A DNA stretch of 64,000 nt from a virus (Duplodnaviria > Caudoviricetes): the IMG/VR virus record IMGVR_UViG_3300017722_005389. One strand, 5' to 3'. This document shows, one piece after another, positions 1 to 8,487 of the stretch. Below the pieces are notes generated by a model. The model worked only from the letters and a program-made list of their open reading frames with translations. It ran no database searches and was not told the DNA's origin. The position numbers and the translations under genes are program-made. How positions within the stretch are numbered: position 1 is the stretch's first letter; each line of letters opens with the position of its first letter.

Positions 1-2
1 GC

Positions 3-632
3 GAACAGGATGCAGCTCCTGCTGAAGGTGAAGGGGCTATAGATCAAGAATTAGATCAGATTATGGCTGGTGTTGGTGGTGAAACACCTGCAGCTGAAGG
101 AGCACCTGCAGCACCAACTGACCCTACAGCTCCACCTGCAGCACCTGCAGCAACTCCTACTACTCCAGAGGCAGTACCAACTGAACCTATGGCTCCAGAA
201 ACACCTTCTGAAGAGGAAGTAGAGGTAGATGTTACAGACATTGTAAATAAAGTTGAGGGAACAGAAAATTCTGTTGAAGATGTTGAAGAAAAGATTGACA
301 ATATTGGAAGCCAGCTTAATCAATACATTGAGAAACTTACACAAGTTAACAGTGAATTGATGGATAAGATTTCTGAACTTGAATCTAACATGAATAAACA
401 ATTTTCAAAAAGAAATCCCACTCCAAATGAACAATTAATGTTGAGGTCTATGTCTTCATATCCTTATAATCAAAAATTATCAGATTACTGGGAAATAGGT
501 GAAAAAGATTATTTCAAACCAAAAGGTAATATGGTTGATGATACAGAAGATGAAGAACCTGAAGAATACATTTTAACAAAAGACGATATTGAAAGTACAT
601 TTAACCCAACGGATATTAAAAAAACTTTCTAA
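3..632 (+). CDS. 5'-truncated Pro/Ala/Glu-rich protein with coiled coil, probable late/prohead-associated protein
   Basis: Frame of ORF 63..632 stays open to the window edge (EQDAAPAEGEGAIDQELDQIMAG...); acidic low-complexity N-part, coiled coil, RSMSSYPYNQKLSDYW block. Confidence 0.7.
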   Translation, partial: EQDAAPAEGEGAIDQELDQIMAGVGGETPAAEGAPAAPTDPTAPPAAPAATPTTPEAVPTEPMAPETPSEEEVEVDVTDIVNKVEGTENSVEDVEEKIDNIGSQLNQYIEKLTQVNSELMDKISELESNMNKQFSKRNPTPNEQLMLRSMSSYPYNQKLSDYWEIGEKDYFKPKGNMVDDTEDEEPEEYILTKDDIESTFNPTDIKKTF

Positions 633-710
633 AAATTGAACTATTTGCATTTTGATGCAGTTATACTTACAACTTACATTTATTTTTAACAACTTAAAAT
701 TTTACAACTT

Positions 711-1787
711 ATGGCAATCGGTAATCAAAACGCTACAGGAAGTAGCAAAAAAATCGAATCACCTTTCAAAGGTTTTACGAATTACAATCTTCAAGTTTTC
801 ACAAAAGATGGTGAAAACGTTTTTAAAATTGAAAGAAGTTTCATCATGAATTCCCCAAAGGAAGAAATGTTTGATTCTGAAGAAGAGTTTAAAAAGGCTG
901 AAGCGGAACATTCAAAGCTTATGGCAAAGTATCGCAAACATGTTGAGAAATGTCAATTGAATCCGACAGATAAAGATTCTTCTTACTATATCAGACAATA
1001 TGAAAGAAACATGAAACTTCAATCTGAAGGTGGGGATAAAGTGATTTACGCATCATATCCTGCGGAAACTCCCACTTCAAATATGATTGATGGAGTCATT
1101 TTTAACATGTCTCAAAAACTGGATGTTATTTCAGACAAGCAAAAAACTGAAAAAGTTTACTTTGATTTGGTAGATTTCAAAAATAAAGAAATCTATCGTG
1201 TCAACAGTAGCTTTTCTACAGCAACAAGAGGTTGGTTAGATTCTATGCTTAGAATTGAAGATTTCAAAAATCCTATTCAATTGAAATTTGAAATTGAAAT
1301 GGATGCACAGAAAGATTTCAAAGAGCCAAAGCTTAGAGATGGGAAACAAATCATCAACGCTGTGCTTATGAATGAATTCAGAGATGGATACTATCGTAAG
1401 AAAGTTAAGCCTCTTTACTATCAGTATGAAAAACTGAAAGAAGGTGAAAAGGGTAAGAAAGGTGAAACCCACAAACATATCTGCACTGAACCTGATGCTC
1501 AAGAATATCATGATGCACTTCAGTTTGCTATCAAGAAAAGCTTCAATGGAGATATCATTGATTTCTTTGTGAATAAAGTAAATAACGTTATTATTCCAAG
1601 AATTCAAAAGAGTATGGTTGAACTTTTTGATGAAAAAGGTTATTCAGTAGAATACATGAAAAATGAAAAAACTGAATTGTTCACACCTTATTTTAAAAGA
1701 AGTGGCAATACTCCTTCTGAAGAAGAATTTGTTTCTAATGAAGTTAGTGCCTCAACAAAATTCAATGAAGAAGACTTACCCTTTTAA
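711..1787 (+). CDS. putative single-stranded DNA-binding protein
   Basis: 358 aa; acidic C-terminal tail ending EEDLPF as in bacterial-type SSB tails; heads a replication cluster. Confidence 0.55.
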   Translation: MAIGNQNATGSSKKIESPFKGFTNYNLQVFTKDGENVFKIERSFIMNSPKEEMFDSEEEFKKAEAEHSKLMAKYRKHVEKCQLNPTDKDSSYYIRQYERNMKLQSEGGDKVIYASYPAETPTSNMIDGVIFNMSQKLDVISDKQKTEKVYFDLVDFKNKEIYRVNSSFSTATRGWLDSMLRIEDFKNPIQLKFEIEMDAQKDFKEPKLRDGKQIINAVLMNEFRDGYYRKKVKPLYYQYEKLKEGEKGKKGETHKHICTEPDAQEYHDALQFAIKKSFNGDIIDFFVNKVNNVIIPRIQKSMVELFDEKGYSVEYMKNEKTELFTPYFKRSGNTPSEEEFVSNEVSASTKFNEEDLPF

Positions 1788-1806
1788 CTAACCCTATAAT
1801 TAACTC

Positions 1807-1841
1807 AGGTTCTCATTTTTTTATAAGGTGAGAACCTTTTT
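1807..1841 (+). terminator. Rho-independent terminator
   Basis: AGGTTCTCA...TGAGAACCT inverted repeat followed by T tract just after the stop. Confidence 0.75.
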
Positions 1842-1855
1842 TATATTTTAAAATT

Positions 1856-2356
1856 ATGGATTTACATACATTAAATAAAAAAATTTTAAAAGGCGTTAGC
1901 TTAGAAGATGGAGATTTCAGAAATAATGCTTTAGAAGCCTTAATAAAAATTTATGAATCTGGAGCAGAATTCAAAAAAAGTAAGCTTCATGGCTCAGATA
2001 TTGATTTAGATTTTATTTCTGCAGATATGTCAAATATTGCATCATATATGTTTACAATAGGAATGGCAAAATCTATATCTAAAACACTTTTAGAAAACTC
2101 ACAAGCTGTAGCTGACAGAAAATTATATGATACCGATAGAGAGTATTATAAAAATTCGTCTAAATCTTCTACTATTCATACTACAAACATAAGGGGTATG
2201 GATGAGGTTAGACCATTCTTTCAATTATATTATCTTTTCAATGAGTTATATGAAGATTTAAATAGGCTTTTTGAAGGCTTAAGATCTATTTCCTCCAATA
2301 GAAGATTTGAGATTGAAAAAGGATTGATTGATTATACCATTAGAAAAAAGAAATAA
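1856..2356 (+). CDS. hypothetical protein (helical)
   Basis: 166-aa ORF, codon style like its neighbours. Confidence 0.7.
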   Translation: MDLHTLNKKILKGVSLEDGDFRNNALEALIKIYESGAEFKKSKLHGSDIDLDFISADMSNIASYMFTIGMAKSISKTLLENSQAVADRKLYDTDREYYKNSSKSSTIHTTNIRGMDEVRPFFQLYYLFNELYEDLNRLFEGLRSISSNRRFEIEKGLIDYTIRKKK

Positions 2357-2388
2357 CAATATTTTATAACCAATTTAAATTATTTATT

Positions 2389-2628
2389 ATGCTTGAAGAA
2401 ATTTTAGAACTTTATTCTGAAGAAGAATTATTGATTGCAGATGGATTTAATGATGCCATTATAGGTATCGATGGAAATTCGTTAAGAATTATCTATTCCG
2501 TAACAAAATGTATTGAAATTCTAATGAAAGATATGCCTGAAGAAGATGCATTAGAATATTTTAGTTATAATGTATCTGGTGCATATGTAGGTGAAAAAAC
2601 CCCTATATGGTGTGAAGATAATTTTTAA
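2389..2628 (+). CDS. conserved phage hypothetical protein
   Basis: ADGFNDAIIG...ALEYFSYNVSGAYVGEKTP resembles a widespread small phage protein family. Confidence 0.75.
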   Translation: MLEEILELYSEEELLIADGFNDAIIGIDGNSLRIIYSVTKCIEILMKDMPEEDALEYFSYNVSGAYVGEKTPIWCEDNF

Positions 2629-2644
2629 TGTTCCACGTGAAACA
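2629..2644. promoter_or_regulatory. parS: parS-like ParB/Spo0J binding site
   Basis: TGTTCCACGTGAAACA matches the consensus TGTTNCACGTGAAACA; intergenic, starting immediately after stop codon 2628. Confidence 0.8.
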
Positions 2645-2653
2645 ATTTGAAAA

Positions 2654-3775
2654 ATGAAAACTTTATTAGTAGATGGAAACTCCTTGTTCAAAAATTCTTT
2701 TGAAGCCACAAGCAATACAAAAGAATATGAAAAGAATATCAACGGAGTTTTACTTTTTTTATCAAAATTAAGATCTATTGTTGATTCAGATCGGTACTCT
2801 CATCTTAAAGTAGTCTTCGATGGAGAAAAAAGTGGCTCCTTAAGAAGAAATCTCTATTCTGCGTATAAACTTAAGCGAGAAGAAAGAAAATTGAATGCAG
2901 AGGAAACTGAAAAGAATCAGAAATATAAATCTCAAAAGGAGGAGTTAAAATCCTACCTGAAACATTTCTGCTTAGTTTATGAAGATAAAGTTGTAGAAGC
3001 TGATGATGTTATTGCTTATTATGTAAGAAATAAACCTTCAAATGAAAAAATAACAATTGTCACTGGAGATTTTGATTTGCTTCAATTAATTTCAAAAGAT
3101 GTAGATGTTTATTATCTGAATAAAAAATTCAAAAATAAGACCAGGGAGGTTGAAAGATATGAAAAAGATAAAGATAGAGTTCATCTAATAATAGATCATA
3201 AAAATTTCAAAAAGTTTTATGGGTTTCCTTATGAGAATATTGCTATAATTAAAACAATTTGTGGCGATGAATCTGATGAAATAAAAAATATAAAGGGTAT
3301 AAAAGAAACAACATTATTCAATTTATTTCCAGTTTTAAAAGAAAAAGTTTTAAATTTAGAAGAAATTAAACATATTTGTTTGAACTTTGTTAAAAATGCT
3401 GATGTTATCTCCAGTGACAAAGAAAAATTTTCTTTATTAAAGGAAGATTTGAAACAAAAAGGTTTAAAATATCAATCGATGTATAATTCATACCAGAATA
3501 TTTTAAATGGTATTACAGATGGAGTACAAGGAAATAATATTCTTGAAATAAATAAAAGGATTGTTGACTTGTCAAATCTTGAATTTATTACAAATGAATG
3601 TATATTAAATCTAAAGAACTTAAATTATTTTTCTGATGAAAAAATTGAAGCCAAAGATGCAGCTGAAATGATTTCGAAAATGAAAAAAACTGGAATACAC
3701 GATGTCATAGTCGATAAATATAAATCAATTAATTATTTCTTTAAACCCTTTAAAAAAACTTTTAAAAATGCGTGA
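2654..3775 (+). CDS. 5'-3' exonuclease / flap endonuclease (T4 RNase H, PolA N-terminal-like)
   Basis: LLVDGNSL, VFDG, EADDVIA, TGDFDLLQL, GDESDEIKNIKGIKE motifs. Confidence 0.9.
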   Translation: MKTLLVDGNSLFKNSFEATSNTKEYEKNINGVLLFLSKLRSIVDSDRYSHLKVVFDGEKSGSLRRNLYSAYKLKREERKLNAEETEKNQKYKSQKEELKSYLKHFCLVYEDKVVEADDVIAYYVRNKPSNEKITIVTGDFDLLQLISKDVDVYYLNKKFKNKTREVERYEKDKDRVHLIIDHKNFKKFYGFPYENIAIIKTICGDESDEIKNIKGIKETTLFNLFPVLKEKVLNLEEIKHICLNFVKNADVISSDKEKFSLLKEDLKQKGLKYQSMYNSYQNILNGITDGVQGNNILEINKRIVDLSNLEFITNECILNLKNLNYFSDEKIEAKDAAEMISKMKKTGIHDVIVDKYKSINYFFKPFKKTFKNA

Positions 3776-4859
3776 TTACACAAGGAAACCTAACAGGTTC
3801 ACATTTAGATTACTTTACAATGATGAAATAGTAACTTCTTCAGAAAGAGATTTTGATGCTCCATTTCCAGAGGAATTCAATTTATCAAAATTATTAGACA
3901 AAAAAATCCATTTGAAGGTAGATGATTCTGTAATGAATCATGTTAATTACACTAATACTTTTGAAAATTCATGGGAAGCTATAGAATTAGGAGAAGCTGT
4001 TTCAGAAATTTTTAGACTTATTTTAAGAAATGGTACTGAACAGTATCTTTATAACCTTAATAGGTCTGAAAGAACGTTGTTGCTCGGAGATATGATGTCG
4101 ATATCTGATGCTAATAAAACTATTAAGACTGAAAATAGTGCGACACAAGAATTGGTTGGTTATAGACAAAATGTTAACAATTGGTTCAAACAAAAAAATA
4201 ATAAGTACACATTCGTAATTATTGATAGACGTTCTTTAGTAAGAAGAGATAATGGGATGTTTAACGATTTGAAGGATCTGAATAACAAAATCGATGTACT
4301 TAGAGAAAAAGCTCAATACGGAAAGATTACAAAAGAAGAATTAGATATACTCAAAAGTCTTGAAAAAACGCTTCAGAGTAATTACTACGAAAGAGAAATT
4401 TTTAGGTATTCTATAAGTGCAGATGATTTTTCTTATAATGGAACTACATTTGTACCACCAATCGGAGTTATTTGGAAAGATTTCAATACTAGTTTTAATT
4501 CTCCTAATGAAGACATGAGAAGTTCTATTGAATACCATGATATTTCTGAATTCTCATCATTTTCTGAAAGAGCTATGAATTTAAGATTTAAGCTCCAGGT
4601 TATGAGAAATGCTCATCAAGAGGTTGAAAAGATGGGGGATAACATCAAAACAGCTTCAATCGAGAAAGATATCAGAAAAGTCGAATCTGAACTCATTAAG
4701 GTTGAAAATACCTACTTTAAAGGAATCCGAACTTTAATCAAAGAATATATAAATATGGATTCATACGAAAATAGGTTTTTATACCAAAGAAGTAAAAATA
4801 ATAATTACACTGTCAACAGTTCAGAAAAAGAGATAATTGAAGAAGCTATAATGATCTAA
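3768..4859 (+). CDS. hypothetical protein
   Basis: 363-aa ORF overlapping the upstream stop (translational coupling). Confidence 0.75.
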   Translation: MRDYTRKPNRFTFRLLYNDEIVTSSERDFDAPFPEEFNLSKLLDKKIHLKVDDSVMNHVNYTNTFENSWEAIELGEAVSEIFRLILRNGTEQYLYNLNRSERTLLLGDMMSISDANKTIKTENSATQELVGYRQNVNNWFKQKNNKYTFVIIDRRSLVRRDNGMFNDLKDLNNKIDVLREKAQYGKITKEELDILKSLEKTLQSNYYEREIFRYSISADDFSYNGTTFVPPIGVIWKDFNTSFNSPNEDMRSSIEYHDISEFSSFSERAMNLRFKLQVMRNAHQEVEKMGDNIKTASIEKDIRKVESELIKVENTYFKGIRTLIKEYINMDSYENRFLYQRSKNNNYTVNSSEKEIIEEAIMI

Positions 4860-4870
4860 AAAATAAAATT

Positions 4871-4899
4871 CCCTTTCTTAAAAGAAAGGGTTTTTTTTT
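4871..4899 (+). terminator. Rho-independent terminator
   Basis: CCCTTTCT-TAAA-AGAAAGGG plus T9. Confidence 0.85.
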
Positions 4900-4962
4900 G
4901 AACGTTTTTTTATTTCCATATGTTAATCCATTATCTATTTATCTTAACAAGGATAAAAAATT

Positions 4963-7446
4963 ATGAAGCATTTTGAAGATAAAAATATAGGATTAGGTTT
5001 TTTTGGTGAAGAATATGAATTAAAAGTTTTGAACTTAATTATAGGTTCTAAAGAAGTTAAGGGAAATGGTGTTGTAAGGGATGATTCATTTGGTCGCAAG
5101 ATAATAAATAAACTTTCTTCGGAGCATTTTACAAATACATTGGCACAAAGACTTGTTGTATCAATGAAAAATCATTATAAAGTAAATAATAAAATACCTT
5201 ATTATGATACAATAAAAGAAAGGATTTTAGCTAATGCCCAAAATGAATACGATAGAGAGCTTTTTATTGAATATTTGAGGGATATTCAAAAATCTCATAT
5301 TGAAGAGCCTAAATGGGTAAAAGATAATCTTGTAAACTTTATAAATTCTAAGAACGTATTTTCTTGTTTGGATGAAATTAAAGCATTAGTTATTCAAGGA
5401 AAATATGAAAAATTCAATGAAATACCTACACTTCTTCAGAGAAATATAATTTCTGATGTAGATGAAAATCCTTTGGAGGCATTTGTTCCTGGCGATTATC
5501 GACATTTGGAAGAAGGAGAAAGACATCCTATTCCTACAAAGATATCCGCTTTGGATTCTGATATGAATGGTGGATTAGCTTATGGAGAATTTGCGTTGTT
5601 TATTGCGCCTTCAGGTGCTGGAAAAGCTCAACCTCATTTTTGCAAGATTTACACTCCTAATGGATATAAAACATTTTCAGAAATTAAAATAGGAGATGAA
5701 ATTTTAGGGTCTGATGGTAAATGTCAGAAAGTATTAGGAGTATATTCTCAAGGAAAAAAAGAATACTATAAAGTATCTTTTACTGATAATACATATACAT
5801 ATTGCTGTAAAGATCACTTGTGGAATGTAAAAACTAAAGATGATATTACTCATAAAAAAGAGACTTATCGAACCTATTCTCTTGAAAAAATAATGGAAAA
5901 TTATAAAACAGGGAGTGGAGCTTCAAATTATAGAATACCAAGAATTCCTTTTGCAGATTTTAACAATACTGATAATTTAGATATTCATCCATATTTGTTA
6001 GGGGTTTTAATTGGAGATGGTTCATTATGTGGTAACTTTGGGATATCAAATGGTGATCAACAATTGTTAGACAAAGTGATTGAAATTCTTGGTGAGGAAT
6101 ATGAATTGGTAAAAAGAAATAAATATGATTATAGAATTAAAGACAAAAATAAACATAAAGCAAATAGATTAAAAAATTTAGTAGAAGCAGAAGGTCTTCT
6201 CGGAAAAAAGTCTTACGAAAAATTTATTCCTAAAAAATATTTGTTTGCTTCATATGAAAATAGATTGGAACTAATTAGAGGTTTAATAGATACAGATGGA
6301 TATATTGGAAAAAAAGGTAAGATTACATTTACATCTACATCTAAAAATTTAGCTGAAGAATTTAGATTTCTTGTTTTATCAGTCGGTGGATATTCTGGTC
6401 AAATTTTAGAAAAACAAAAATTTTACACTCATAAAGGTGAAAAAAAACGTGGAAGAATTTCTTATGATGTATGTGTGTCATTTAATGATGATATAAAATT
6501 GGTTTCATACATAACAAGAAAGCAATCAAGATATATTCCAAGAGATCATTATAAAAATAATAAAAGTATAAAAAATATATCTTTAGAAGGTGTTGATGAA
6601 TGTATTTGTATTAAAGTTTCTAATGAAGACCAGTTATATGTTACAGATGATTTTATTTTAACACATAACACCACATTTTCTACATATGTAAGTAACAATG
6701 CTGCAAAAGATGGTTATAATGTTCTTCAGATATTTTTTGAAGATACTGAAGAACAAATCAAAATGAAGCACGTTGCAAAGCTTATTGGTAAACCCATTAA
6801 TTTTTCTTCAAATAAAAAGAATCGTAAAGTTGTAATTAAAGAAACCGATGATAAGCTCAGAAAAATAAGTGAAAAAGGTGGAAGTCTGGTATTACATTCA
6901 ATGGATTCTACTGAAACTACTGTTGAAGATATAAAAAATCTTTATATCAGAGCACAAGAACAAGGTGTATATTTTCCAGATACAGGTGAATACAGAAAAA
7001 TTAAATTTGACTTAGTAATTATTGACTATTTAGATTGTATAAAACCTAAAAAGAATTACAGTTCTGTATGGGAAGGTCAATCTGAAATTGCAAGAGACCT
7101 TGAGAAGTTATGTGGAAAAGACCAACTTAATTTTGCATGTTGGTGTTTCACCCAAGGAACCAAAGCTTCTTTGAATGCAAAATTGGTTACAGGTGAACAA
7201 ATGGGAGGTGACTTTGGAAAATATAAAGTTGCTCACTTTGTAGCTTCTCTTGCAAGAACTTTGGAACAACAGTCAATGTGTAAAGCAACATTTTCTATTC
7301 TGAAAAGTCGTTTTGGCAGATCTGGTATCATATATCAGGATTGCATCTTTGATAATGCAAACTTAATTATTGAAATGGAGAAAGAGGAATTTCACACAGA
7401 TAAAGTAGTGAACGACATTTTAGTTGGAGCTACTGATGAAGATTAA
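4963..7446 (+). CDS. dnaB: replicative DnaB-like helicase containing an intein
   Basis: Walker A APSGAGK/TT split by the intein; FFED, LVIIDYLD, LKSRFG motifs. Confidence 0.9.
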   Translation: MKHFEDKNIGLGFFGEEYELKVLNLIIGSKEVKGNGVVRDDSFGRKIINKLSSEHFTNTLAQRLVVSMKNHYKVNNKIPYYDTIKERILANAQNEYDRELFIEYLRDIQKSHIEEPKWVKDNLVNFINSKNVFSCLDEIKALVIQGKYEKFNEIPTLLQRNIISDVDENPLEAFVPGDYRHLEEGERHPIPTKISALDSDMNGGLAYGEFALFIAPSGAGKAQPHFCKIYTPNGYKTFSEIKIGDEILGSDGKCQKVLGVYSQGKKEYYKVSFTDNTYTYCCKDHLWNVKTKDDITHKKETYRTYSLEKIMENYKTGSGASNYRIPRIPFADFNNTDNLDIHPYLLGVLIGDGSLCGNFGISNGDQQLLDKVIEILGEEYELVKRNKYDYRIKDKNKHKANRLKNLVEAEGLLGKKSYEKFIPKKYLFASYENRLELIRGLIDTDGYIGKKGKITFTSTSKNLAEEFRFLVLSVGGYSGQILEKQKFYTHKGEKKRGRISYDVCVSFNDDIKLVSYITRKQSRYIPRDHYKNNKSIKNISLEGVDECICIKVSNEDQLYVTDDFILTHNTTFSTYVSNNAAKDGYNVLQIFFEDTEEQIKMKHVAKLIGKPINFSSNKKNRKVVIKETDDKLRKISEKGGSLVLHSMDSTETTVEDIKNLYIRAQEQGVYFPDTGEYRKIKFDLVIIDYLDCIKPKKNYSSVWEGQSEIARDLEKLCGKDQLNFACWCFTQGTKASLNAKLVTGEQMGGDFGKYKVAHFVASLARTLEQQSMCKATFSILKSRFGRSGIIYQDCIFDNANLIIEMEKEEFHTDKVVNDILVGATDED
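5626..6669 (+). mobile_element. 348-aa intein with LAGLIDADG homing endonuclease (Ala1, class 3 WCT type)
   Basis: Starts AQP after GAGK and ends THN before Thr+1; HLW in block B, CICIKV in block F; LLGVLIGDG and LIRGLIDTDG LAGLIDADG blocks. Confidence 0.9.
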
Positions 7447-7513
7447 ATTTTTTAACAAATTTTTTAATTTACTATTCAGATTTAGCTTCTATTTATTTAA
7501 ACAAATCAAAAAC

Positions 7514-8464
7514 ATGAAAGAGAAAATTTTAATTGAGAACAAGGATCGTTATGTTATTTATCCAATAAAACATCCTGACATATGGGATTTTTATAAAACA
7601 GCACAGGCAGCTTTTTGGATTGCTGAATCAGTTGATTTATCAAAAGACCTAGATGATTGGGAAAAACTGAATGACAATGAGAAGTTTTTTGTCAAGAATG
7701 TAATATCATTTTTTGCTGCAAGTGATGGTATAGTAAATCACAATATTGCACACAACTTTATTAATGAAGTTCAATATCCAGAAGCAAGCTTCTTTTATGG
7801 ATTTCAAATAGCAATGGAAAATATTCATAATTTGATGTACTCATTGTTAATTGATACATATGTAAAAGATATCGATGAAAGAGATGAGTGTTTTAAAGCA
7901 ATTGAAAAATTGCCTATTGTAAAAAAGAAAGCCGAATGGGCACTCAAATGGATTGATTCAGATTCTTTTGCCGAAAGATTGATTGCATTTGCTGCAGTTG
8001 AAGGTATATTTTTTTCTGGTTCATTCTGCTCAATCTTTTGGTTAAAATCAAGAGGTCTTATGCCAGGACTTTGCCAAGCGAATTCATATATCAGCAAAGA
8101 CGAAGCATTACATACTGATTTTGCAATTCATCTTTACAATAATCATGTGGAATATAAAGTTTCTGAAGAAAGAGTAAAAGAAATCATTCTTTCAGCATAT
8201 GAAATTGAAAATGAATTTATAAATGATGCACTTCCAGTTTCACTCATAGGGATGAATCAAACCCTTATGACACAATATATCCAATTTGTAACAGATCAAC
8301 TTTTGATTCAATTTAGATGTAAACCTGTTTTCAATGTAAGACAACCATTTGACTTTATGATGCAGATTGCAATGAAAGCCAAACAAAACTTTTTTGAAGG
8401 AAGACCTACTGAATATAAAAAAGCAGATTTGTCAGGCTCAATCTCATTTGATGAAGAATTTTAA
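7514..8464 (+). CDS. nrdB: ribonucleotide reductase class Ia beta subunit
   Basis: FFAASDGIV, AMENIHNLMYS, FAAVEGIFFSGSF, ISKDEALH, KQNFFE; start placed at MKEKIL (upstream in-frame ATG at 7424 exists). Confidence 0.95.
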   Translation: MKEKILIENKDRYVIYPIKHPDIWDFYKTAQAAFWIAESVDLSKDLDDWEKLNDNEKFFVKNVISFFAASDGIVNHNIAHNFINEVQYPEASFFYGFQIAMENIHNLMYSLLIDTYVKDIDERDECFKAIEKLPIVKKKAEWALKWIDSDSFAERLIAFAAVEGIFFSGSFCSIFWLKSRGLMPGLCQANSYISKDEALHTDFAIHLYNNHVEYKVSEERVKEIILSAYEIENEFINDALPVSLIGMNQTLMTQYIQFVTDQLLIQFRCKPVFNVRQPFDFMMQIAMKAKQNFFEGRPTEYKKADLSGSISFDEEF

Positions 8465-8487
8465 TAACAAATAAACCAAAGAAATTT

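Noticed and set aside
51-401. Minus-strand ORFs 51..401 and 56..301, plus many short antisense ORFs inside long genes
   Set aside because: Fully nested opposite well-supported genes, with shadow-frame composition.
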